A DNA stretch of 64,000 nt from Beutenbergiaceae bacterium (GTDB taxonomy: Bacteria > Actinomycetota > Actinomycetes > Actinomycetales > Beutenbergiaceae). Of this stretch, positions 28,415 to 38,459 are shown piece by piece. The notes under the pieces are model-generated. The model worked only from the letters and a program-made list of their open reading frames with translations. It ran no database searches and was not told the origin of the DNA. Location: contig JBKEBC010000005.1 of assembly GCA_047972965.1 (NCBI GenBank), positions 2,014-66,013 on the forward strand, in the 5' to 3' direction. The translations under genes and the position numbers were made by a program. The first letter of the stretch is position 1; each line of letters begins with the position of its first letter.

Positions 28415-29443
28415 ATGAGCACTGACATCCCGAGCGGACAAAGGCCAGCCGATGGCGGTGGTGAGCCCGAGGCAACAACACCGGACCCCGCCCTCGAGGG
28501 TGTGACCGAGGCCAGCAGCCCGGTCAGCGGTCAGCCACTTGCAGCCAGCGCTGACGGCGGCCAGCAGGACACCCCCATCGCCCCCGATGGCGGCTCGACC
28601 AATCCGCCAGAGTCGGCACCATTCGAACCAGCGGCCCCCGAACCGCTCCCTGCCGCACCCCAGGCCCCCGAGATCAGCACCGGTTCCGATGCGGGCAACG
28701 CCGGTGTCCCCGTTCCCAGCGTGGACGATGACGAACGGGTGCGGGCCGAACGCGCCCGCCGATTTAGCCCTCCGCAGGCAGCCGCATCCCAGCCCGCACC
28801 GATCGATGCCACCGCCTCGGTACCGCAGCCCAGCACGCCCGCTGTCGGATCGGATGGCCCCGGGCCTACGGCCGCGGCACCGATGACCGCAACCCAGGCC
28901 ATGCCCGCCGACAACAGCCCCAGCCAAGGGGAGGATCCGTTCAAGGATTTCGACGAGGGTCCCACCTCGCGCGCAGCAGCACATTGGTGGAGCATTCTGA
29001 TCGCGGTGCTCTTCGTGCCCGTGGCCTGGTACCTGGTGGCCGACGGCGGTGAACGGACCTCCTTCAGCCTCACCAATGGTGGTGAGCTCAATATCGCCGG
29101 GCCGATTGAACTTGCCGCTGGGGCACTGTGCCTGTTCTTCGTGCTGCTGGCCGCACGATGGTCATCGGTGGGCGTGATCCTGACGGGGCTGGTCGGACTT
29201 GCGCTCGGCGTGGGCTTCATCGCCGCGCAGCAACGCGTTCTTGACCTGCTGTTGGAGTACCAAAGCGCCTTGCTGCGGCTGGACCAGCTCGGCCAGAACA
29301 TCATGGATCACGTGATCGCCGACGGCACAACCGGTCGCCTAGCCATCTACGGCTTCGTCCTGGTGATGGCCGGGGTGATCTCACACGGAGCACGGCGCCA
29401 GGGGCGGCGGGAAGAGAAGCGGCGCGCGGCTCTAGGACTCTAA
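28415..29443 (+). CDS. Hypothetical membrane protein: roughly 200-aa P/A/S-rich disordered N-terminus plus about four TM helices
   Basis: Start taken at the internal ATG (MSTDIPSG). Transcribed divergently from ssd. No recognisable motif. Confidence 0.5.
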   Translation: MSTDIPSGQRPADGGGEPEATTPDPALEGVTEASSPVSGQPLAASADGGQQDTPIAPDGGSTNPPESAPFEPAAPEPLPAAPQAPEISTGSDAGNAGVPVPSVDDDERVRAERARRFSPPQAAASQPAPIDATASVPQPSTPAVGSDGPGPTAAAPMTATQAMPADNSPSQGEDPFKDFDEGPTSRAAAHWWSILIAVLFVPVAWYLVADGGERTSFSLTNGGELNIAGPIELAAGALCLFFVLLAARWSSVGVILTGLVGLALGVGFIAAQQRVLDLLLEYQSALLRLDQLGQNIMDHVIADGTTGRLAIYGFVLVMAGVISHGARRQGRREEKRRAALGL

Positions 29444-29546
29444 GCGCCACAGCAACCCATGCCGTACTCGGCCACTGCCGGGGCGCGCGGGTTTAGGCTG
29501 TGGTCACTTTCCCCCGGGTTATCCCATCGACGTCGCTGGAGGACCG

Positions 29547-31529
<1,983 letters not shown>

Positions 31530-31585
31530 CAAGACATATCCAGCTGGGCAGGTGGTCTCCAGTCAATCCCAGATAGCGTGCTCTA

Positions 31586-32503
31586 GTGAGTGTTGATCCT
31601 GCGATTGTGACCCCAGCCGGGCCATGGACCCATCGCATGGTTGCCGCCAACGGTGGCCGGTTTCACGTGGCGCTCACCGGGCCGGACGATCCGCGGGCAC
31701 CACTGGTGGTGCTGTTGCATGGGTTCCCCCAATTCTGGTGGTCCTGGCGACACCAGCTGGTCGCATTGGGACAGGCGGGCTACCGCTGTGCGGCCATGGA
31801 CCTGCGCGGATATGGCGCTTCGGACAAACCGCCCCGGGCGTTCGCGATGCCCTACCTGGTGGCGGACGTCGCCGGAGTGATCCGGTCGTTGGGTTCCCAT
31901 TCGGCGACCGTTGTCGGTCTAGGACTGGGCGGCCAGGTTGCCTGGGCGCTACCTTCGCTTGCTCCGGGCGCGGTCCGGGCGATCGGAGTACTGGGAACAC
32001 CGCATCCGGCGTTCTTGTTTAGCCCCGGTCATCGCGCCGCTCCGGCGGGCACCCTGGCCAAACTTGGGAAGTTTCAGATCCCGTGGTTTCCGGAGCGCTC
32101 CATCACCCGCGGCGATCTGGTGGCCCGGCTCCTGCACGCCTGGTCTGGCCCCGGGTGGCAGTGCGAGGACACCGATCTGTACACCGCTGCGGCGCGGCTG
32201 CCGTTTGCCGCCCACAGCCAGATGGAGCAACTGCGATGGCTGGTGCGGTCGCAGCCCCGGGCCGACGGCCGACGCTACCGCGCTCAGGTTTGCGTCCCCG
32301 TCCGGGTACCGGTGCTCTCCCTGCATGGCGCCGCCGATGGAAACCTCCCGCCGCACTCGAGCCGCAATGATTCCACCATGACCCCAGGTGGGTACCGGCG
32401 CATCGTCGTGGACGACGTCGGGCACTTCCTACCGGAGGAGGCCCCGGAGCAGGTCACGAGCGCCCTGCTGACCTGGTTGGGCGAACCGTCGCGACGCCGC
32501 TAG
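31586..32503 (+). CDS. Alpha/beta hydrolase (epoxide-hydrolase-like)
   Basis: 305 aa. HGFPQFWWSWRHQ motif typical of EphA-E-type hydrolases. GTG start. Confidence 0.7.
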   Translation: MSVDPAIVTPAGPWTHRMVAANGGRFHVALTGPDDPRAPLVVLLHGFPQFWWSWRHQLVALGQAGYRCAAMDLRGYGASDKPPRAFAMPYLVADVAGVIRSLGSHSATVVGLGLGGQVAWALPSLAPGAVRAIGVLGTPHPAFLFSPGHRAAPAGTLAKLGKFQIPWFPERSITRGDLVARLLHAWSGPGWQCEDTDLYTAAARLPFAAHSQMEQLRWLVRSQPRADGRRYRAQVCVPVRVPVLSLHGAADGNLPPHSSRNDSTMTPGGYRRIVVDDVGHFLPEEAPEQVTSALLTWLGEPSRRR

Positions 32504-32585
32504 CCCGTCAGATGTTGGGGGTTGCGCCACAACCTGGCAGACTGTGGGCCAGTTCACACCAGCGAAACCAAAGGACCTTGCCAGC

Positions 32586-33263
32586 ATGGACGAATCCGTC
32601 ATTCGCAGCGCACCGCTGTTCGCGGAGCTCAACGACACCGGATATTTGGCGATCCGCGAACGGATGGCTGAGCACACCTACCGCCGAGGCGAGCAGGTTT
32701 TCGCTGAAGGCTCGGCTGGTGACAAGCTGTTCGTGATCGGCACCGGAAAGGTGAAGCTGGGTCACACGGCCCCCGATGGCCGAGAGCACCTGCTTGGCGT
32801 GCTGGGGCCTGGGGAGATCCTGGGAGAGGTATCGCTATACGATCCCGGCCCACGGACCGCAACCGCCGTCGCCCTTGCCAAGACCACCCTCATCTCGCTG
32901 CAGCATGCCGATCTCCTACGGGTCCTCGACGCGCGTCCGGAGATTTCCCAGCACCTGCTCCGCTCCCTGGCAGTGCGACTGCGGCGCACCAATGCGGCAA
33001 TGGCCGATCTGATCTTCGCCGATGTCCCCGGCCGAGTGGCTAAGGCGCTACTAGACCTGGGCCGACGTTTCGGTCAACAAACCGAAGCAGGCATGCGGGT
33101 CACCCATGACCTCACCCAGGAGGAACTAGCCCAGCTGGTGGGAGCGACCCGCGAGACCGTCAACAAGTCGCTGGCAGAGTTCAGCAATCGTGGCTGGCTG
33201 CAACTCGATGGCCGCTCGGTGGTCCTGCTGGATATCGACCGACTGCGCCGACGGGCCCGCTAG
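32586..33263 (+). CDS. crp: Crp/Fnr-family cAMP-responsive global regulator (Crp/GlxR orthologue)
   Basis: Closely resembles mycobacterial Crp from recall (RVTHDLTQEELAQLVGATRETVNKSLAEFSNRGW; DLIFADVPGRVAK). Start placed at MDESVIRSAPLF. Confidence 0.9.
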   Translation: MDESVIRSAPLFAELNDTGYLAIRERMAEHTYRRGEQVFAEGSAGDKLFVIGTGKVKLGHTAPDGREHLLGVLGPGEILGEVSLYDPGPRTATAVALAKTTLISLQHADLLRVLDARPEISQHLLRSLAVRLRRTNAAMADLIFADVPGRVAKALLDLGRRFGQQTEAGMRVTHDLTQEELAQLVGATRETVNKSLAEFSNRGWLQLDGRSVVLLDIDRLRRRAR

Positions 33264-33349
33264 CTGGGTCCACGATCGGCCAGCAAGCTCCCGGCTCGTC
33301 GCCCATTCCCGCTCGGTGCCACTAGGCGAGTTCGAAGGTCTCGGCGCCA

Positions 33350-33820
33350 CTAGGCGAGTTCGAAGATTGCTTCCACCTCGACTGGGGCCCCCAACGGCAG
33401 CGATGCGACACCCACCGCTGAGCGCGCATGCACACCAGCATCCCCGAAAATCTGGTGGAACAAGTCTGAGGCACCGTTGATGACGCTCGGGTGCCCAGCG
33501 AAGGACGGCTCAGCAGCTACGAAACCCACAACCTTAACGACACGGGCCAGGCGGTCAAGGCCACCGGCCGCATCCGCGGCAGCTGCCACCGCGTTGAGGG
33601 CGCACAATCGAGCCAGCGGCACCGCATCTTCCGCCGACAGGTATCCCGGGCCGTCGCCGACGATGCCCGTCGCCGCCAGCACCCCATCTCGCATCGGTAG
33701 CTGCCCCGAGGTCATCACGAGGCTGCCAACGCGCACAGCGGGCACATAGGCGGCGACCGGAGCTACGACGTCAGGTAGCACGATCCCGGCTTGCGCCATC
33801 CGTTGCGCCGCGGTGGGCAT
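33350..33820 (-). CDS. RidA/YjgF family protein
   Basis: 156 aa. Family-typical C-terminus (ARSAVGVASLPLGAPVEVEAIFEL). Confidence 0.8.
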   Translation of the reverse strand: MPTAAQRMAQAGIVLPDVVAPVAAYVPAVRVGSLVMTSGQLPMRDGVLAATGIVGDGPGYLSAEDAVPLARLCALNAVAAAADAAGGLDRLARVVKVVGFVAAEPSFAGHPSVINGASDLFHQIFGDAGVHARSAVGVASLPLGAPVEVEAIFELA

Positions 33821-33823
33821 GGG

Positions 33824-33979
33824 CTACGGAACTTGGCGTTTGAGGTAAGCCACCAGGCCTTGACCATCTGGACCCGGAACGACCTGAACCAGTTCCCAGC
33901 CATCGCTACCCCAGGTGTCCAGGACCGCCTTGGTGTTGTGTACCAGCAACGGAATAGTCGAGTACTCCCACGTCGTCAT
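33824..33979 (-). CDS. DUF4177-like small protein (51 aa; below the ORF-track cutoff)
   Basis: Hand translation gives MTTWEYSTIPLLVHNTKAVLDTWGSDGWELVQVVPGPDGQGLVAYLKRQVP*. Sits 3 nt upstream of ridA, a pairing I recall as common in actinobacteria. Confidence 0.6.
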   Translation of the reverse strand: MTTWEYSTIPLLVHNTKAVLDTWGSDGWELVQVVPGPDGQGLVAYLKRQVP

Positions 33980-34018
33980 GGGCCGATTCTAAGTCTCAAG
34001 CACCCGTGGGAGGAACCA

Positions 34019-34372
34019 TCAGTGGGTTGACTGTGGCATTCGCCGCACCGGCTTGTTAGCAGGCCAGCGTTGCGCAATCAGCTCATTGATGTGCTCGCGA
34101 TCCAAGTCGCCAAGGCTGACGCGCCAGGATTCGACCGCGGGTGCACGCCGCAGTAGCGCCCGCCGCTCGCGTTCGGTCATACCACCCCAGACGCCGAACT
34201 GGATGCGGTTGTCGAGCGCGTCGACCAAGCATTCCAACCGGACCGGGCACTCGAAACACACCTCGCGCACTTCGCGCTGAGCGGCACCCTGAACGAATAG
34301 CTCATCCGGCGAACGACCCGCGCAGGCAGCACTGGCCGTCCAGCTCTCATCAAACTTCTGATTCATCCCCAC
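34019..34372 (-). CDS. WhiB-family Fe-S transcription factor (WhiB4/WblA-like by synteny with ponA)
   Basis: 117 aa. Four Cys (C..CFECPVRLEC) and GVWGG turn motif. Divergent from the PBP1A gene, as for whiB4-ponA2. Confidence 0.85.
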   Translation of the reverse strand: MGMNQKFDESWTASAACAGRSPDELFVQGAAQREVREVCFECPVRLECLVDALDNRIQFGVWGGMTERERRALLRRAPAVESWRVSLGDLDREHINELIAQRWPANKPVRRMPQSTH

Positions 34373-34544
34373 CCTCCAGAACCAGCTACCGATCCACCCT
34401 CGGTATCCCCGTGTTCGTTACTTGAACCTAACGCAAGAATCGCTATGCGCAAACGTGGGAATGGTCAGATCTGCCCATGTGGGTTCCGCGACGATCAGAA
34501 ATGGTGCCTCAGTTGCAGCCTCCAAAACCACGTAGACTGCGCCC

Positions 34545-36959
34545 ATGGCAGGGTCTACACGCGCGCGCGGACGCACGGTCAACATTGCCCAGCTGATCTC
34601 ACTCTTCGTGGTGTTCCTCATGGTCGCTGGGGTCGGCGGCGCCCTCTCAGCTGGTTTTGCCATGCCGATGGTTGCAGCTGTCGGAGCTGCCACCTCGGCA
34701 GGCGCACAGACATTCGATGACTTAGAGACTGAGATCGGGGATATGACGCTGTCGGAGCGCAGTGTCATCCGATACGCCGATGGCACGCAGATGGCGACGT
34801 TCTACGCCGAAGATCGCATCGTGGTCCCGCTGGATGAGATCGCGCCAGTCATGCGGCAGGCGGTTGTCGCGGTTGAGGATCGGCGCTTCTACGAGCATGG
34901 GGCCATCGACCCCGAGGGCCTGCTGCGCGCCATCGTGCAGAACATCACCAACCCGGATTCGACCCAGGGCGGTTCGACGCTAACCCAGCAGTACGTCAAG
35001 AACGTGCTGTTGGAGCAGGCCCGCATCCAGCAGGACGCTGAGGCCATCTATGCGGCCACGGCAGGAACGATCGGGCGCAAGCTGCGCGAGGCGAAGTTGG
35101 CCATCGCCTTGGAACGGGTCTATTCCAAGGATCAGATTCTGGAGGGCTACCTCAACGTCGCCCAGTTCGGACCCTCGCAATGGGGTGTGGAGGCAGCATC
35201 TCGATACTTCTTCTCGGTGAGCGCTGCGGAACTAAACATCGGTCAGGCAGCGATGCTGGCCGGGATCACTCAGCTACCCAACACCTGGAATCCGATCACC
35301 AACCCCGAAGGCACCTTCGATCGACGCAACACCGTGCTGATGCTCATGCTGCGCGAGGACATGATCACCCAAGAAGACTTCGACACCTACAGCGCCATCC
35401 CGGTCGAGGAGATGCTGAACGTACAGGCGATTCCGCCCACCTGCGCGACCGCCGAGATTTCGGCCTACTTCTGCAACTTCGTTGTCGAGACGATCCTGCA
35501 GAGTCCGGAGTACGGCGAGACCAGGGCCGACCGCTATCAGCTTCTGGTCCGGGGTGGGCTGGATATCACCACCACGATCAATCCCGCTCTGCAGGCCGAG
35601 GGATTCGCAGCGCTGACGGCGGCTGTGCCCGTCGACGATCCCTCCGGCGTCTCGAATGCCATCTCGACGGTCGAGCCTGGCACGGGGCGGATCTTGGCCA
35701 TGGTGCAGAACACGCACTACGGCAAACCCGGCGACGATCTCGACCGCACCACCGAGGTGAACTTCAATGCCGATGCCGACTACGGCGGATCGTTGGGATT
35801 CCAGACCGGGTCAACCTTCAAGGCCATCGTGCTCGCGGCATGGTTGGAGGCCGGCAATTCGCTGATGGACATCGTGGATGGCACGCAGGGGCAATCGTTT
35901 CCTCGCTCCTCGTGGAACTACTCCGGCTGCGACCTGGGGCAGTTCGCGAGCACCTACGATCCGAAGAACATCGAAGGTATCGGCAACGGGCCGATGACGG
36001 TGATCCACGCGACAGAACAATCGGTTAACACCGCGTTCGTCGACATGGCGAACAAGCTGAATATGTGCGACCTATACAACCTCACCCAGCGCCTGGGCAT
36101 GCACGTGGGCAGCGGTGTGGACGCCACCTACGGCCTGCCGCTCGTCCCGTCACCTGCGATGGTGCTGGGATCGAACAACATTGCGCCACTAACGATGGCG
36201 GCAGCATTCGCAACCTTCGCCGCCAGCGGCACCTACTGCACTCCAGTAGCTATCCATTCCGTCCTGGACCAGAACGGCAACGCACTGCCGATTCCCAGCG
36301 CCGGGTGCTACGAGGCCATCAAGCCAGAGATCGCCGCGACCGTGACCTACGCCCTGTCCAGAGTGGTCACCACCAATGGCGCCACGGGCAACCGGGCAAA
36401 TCTTGCCGACCGGGTCGAGGCCGGAAAGACCGGAACCGCCAACTCGGACACCGCAGCCTGGTTCGTCGGGTACGTACCTCAGGCCGCAACCGCCGTCTGG
36501 AATGGATTCTCTGAGGGCCTCCGTCCGATGATGAACATCACCATCAACGGCCAACGATACGGTCAGGTGTACGGCGGCCGGTTCGCAGCGCCGATTTGGC
36601 ACGACTACATGAGTGACGCCGTCAACATCATGGGTCTGGAGCCTGCCGGATTCCCGGATCCGAACGAGCGGCTGGTCTATGGCGAACGCAAATGGGTTCC
36701 CAATGTCGCGGGAATGAGTGTTGACCAAGCGACACAGACGCTCCAAGAGGCAGGTTTCATGGTTCAGGTAGGGGAAGCCCAAGAAGATGCCGCCATTCCC
36801 CAAGGAGCTGTCGTGCGCAGCCAACCCGCGACTGGGTCGTTGGTGCAACAGGGCTCGGGGATCACCCTCATCACCAGCGCTGGCCCGCCAGCAGCGGCAC
36901 CAAGCGTGCCAGATCCGTGCATGGTTGACCCGACCGCGCCCGGCTGCGACGACGGCTAA
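34545..36959 (+). CDS. ponA: Class A penicillin-binding protein (glycosyltransferase plus transpeptidase plus C-terminal PASTA)
   Basis: 804 aa. GT51 motifs EDRRFYEHGAID and GGSTLTQQ. Transpeptidase motifs STFK and KTGT. PASTA-like tail. Confidence 0.9.
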   Translation: MAGSTRARGRTVNIAQLISLFVVFLMVAGVGGALSAGFAMPMVAAVGAATSAGAQTFDDLETEIGDMTLSERSVIRYADGTQMATFYAEDRIVVPLDEIAPVMRQAVVAVEDRRFYEHGAIDPEGLLRAIVQNITNPDSTQGGSTLTQQYVKNVLLEQARIQQDAEAIYAATAGTIGRKLREAKLAIALERVYSKDQILEGYLNVAQFGPSQWGVEAASRYFFSVSAAELNIGQAAMLAGITQLPNTWNPITNPEGTFDRRNTVLMLMLREDMITQEDFDTYSAIPVEEMLNVQAIPPTCATAEISAYFCNFVVETILQSPEYGETRADRYQLLVRGGLDITTTINPALQAEGFAALTAAVPVDDPSGVSNAISTVEPGTGRILAMVQNTHYGKPGDDLDRTTEVNFNADADYGGSLGFQTGSTFKAIVLAAWLEAGNSLMDIVDGTQGQSFPRSSWNYSGCDLGQFASTYDPKNIEGIGNGPMTVIHATEQSVNTAFVDMANKLNMCDLYNLTQRLGMHVGSGVDATYGLPLVPSPAMVLGSNNIAPLTMAAAFATFAASGTYCTPVAIHSVLDQNGNALPIPSAGCYEAIKPEIAATVTYALSRVVTTNGATGNRANLADRVEAGKTGTANSDTAAWFVGYVPQAATAVWNGFSEGLRPMMNITINGQRYGQVYGGRFAAPIWHDYMSDAVNIMGLEPAGFPDPNERLVYGERKWVPNVAGMSVDQATQTLQEAGFMVQVGEAQEDAAIPQGAVVRSQPATGSLVQQGSGITLITSAGPPAAAPSVPDPCMVDPTAPGCDDG

Positions 36960-37021
36960 CCATCCGGCCGGTTCGTCGGCACAGGTGTGACTGCGATGAG
37001 TAGGAGCGACGTCTGAACGCG

Positions 37022-37924
37022 TTGATACGTGGGACCGGGCTACTGGCGGGCGCGGCCGCAGCCGGACTGGCCTGGGCTCTGATCGAAGCCCAGGCTTTCG
37101 TGCTGCGCCGAGTTCAGGTACCAGCCCTGGTGCCAGGTGCCAACCCCATCCGGGTGTTGCACCTATCTGATCTGCATATGACCCCGAACCAGCACCGGAA
37201 GGCGCAGTGGGTTCGGAGCCTGGCTCAGGAACGACCCGATCTGGTGGTCAATACCGGCGACAATTTGGCACACCCCGAAGCATTGCCGCTGGTACTACAC
37301 GCCCTCGAGCCGTACCTAGACCTTCCCGGTGCCTTCGCATTGGGCTCAAACGACTATTTCGGACCAACACGGCGCAACCCAGCCCGGTACCTACTTCCCG
37401 ACTCACGAACTGTCGATTCCCACCGTGGCGCACCTGACCTGCCCGGGCGGGAACTACAGCAGCAGCTGACAGCCCATGGTTGGGCGGACCTTGCCAACGC
37501 CCGCTCCCAGCTAGTGGTAGCCGGGCAGACCGTGAGTTTCGTAGGAATGGCAGATGCGCACATGGACCTGGACGTCCTACCTCCGGGATCGATCCGGCCG
37601 TTGGATGCGGTTGCGCACCTGGGTGTCACCCATGCTCCTTACCAGCGTGTCCTCAACCGATTCCTAGGCGATGACTGCGACCTCGTCCTGGCGGGGCATA
37701 CCCACGGCGGTCAGCTGTGCATCCCCGGACTGGGCGCACTTACCACCAACTGCGACCTGGACGTGGCCTACGCCAAGGGATTGCATCGCTGGCCGACCCA
37801 GGAGCCAGCTAGCCGTTCGCTGTGGCTGCACGTCAGCGCTGGCCTGGGCACCAATCCCTACACCCCCGTCAGGTTCGCCTGCCGCCCGGAAGCCACACTC
37901 TTGACGCTGGTGCCCGGAGCCTAG
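37022..37924 (+). CDS. Metallophosphoesterase
   Basis: 300 aa, TTG start. Motifs LSDLH, GDN, GNDY, GHTHGG. Confidence 0.8.
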   Translation: MIRGTGLLAGAAAAGLAWALIEAQAFVLRRVQVPALVPGANPIRVLHLSDLHMTPNQHRKAQWVRSLAQERPDLVVNTGDNLAHPEALPLVLHALEPYLDLPGAFALGSNDYFGPTRRNPARYLLPDSRTVDSHRGAPDLPGRELQQQLTAHGWADLANARSQLVVAGQTVSFVGMADAHMDLDVLPPGSIRPLDAVAHLGVTHAPYQRVLNRFLGDDCDLVLAGHTHGGQLCIPGLGALTTNCDLDVAYAKGLHRWPTQEPASRSLWLHVSAGLGTNPYTPVRFACRPEATLLTLVPGA

Positions 37925-38010
37925 GGTGAGCAAGTGGCCAGCGTGACGCAGTCAACACCGCGCTCAGTTTCAGCCACGGGCCATACCTCGGCTATCCTGT
38001 CCTGGCTCCC

Positions 38011-38085
<75 letters not shown>

Positions 38086-38108
38086 AATGTGATGTCTGCG
38101 GACATCGG

Positions 38109-38150
38109 GAACTCCCGAATCCACGTCAGTGGGTTCGGGAGTTCTGTTGT
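38109..38150 (+). terminator. Intrinsic terminator of tRNA-Pro
   Basis: Perfect 11-bp stem GAACTCCCGAA/TTCGGGAGTTC with a 14-nt loop, followed by TGTTGT. Confidence 0.6.
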
Positions 38151-38269
38151 GGGCAGCGGCCAAGCCTTGACCGGCCAGCTGATGGTGCTTGCCTGCCGCA
38201 GCTCCTACGAGTGCGGGCCCCACGAAGACGTGCAAGCAGCCGCAAAGGCGGACACCCCCACCCCCCACG

Positions 38270-38333
38270 AAGTCGTGATGGGGCGGCCAAGTCGTGATTC
38301 GCGCGTCACGACTTGGCCGCCCCATCACGACTT
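38270..38333. repeat. Compound palindromic repeat, copy C (best preserved; perfect 28-bp arms)
   Basis: AAGTCGTGATGGGGCGGCCAAGTCGTGA-ttcgcgcg-TCACGACTTGGCCGCCCCATCACGACTT. Lies between convergent tRNA-Pro and the P-type ATPase gene. Confidence 0.95.
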
Positions 38334-38459
38334 GGCGCCCCTGGGTCACCCCCAGCCGTAGCCGTCGCTAAGCCGTGGCCGTCGCTAACGGACGGAGCTG
38401 AACGGCACCTCGAATCTGGCGGCAAGCGTGGGGTTGATCGCTGGAATCGGCGACGGTAG

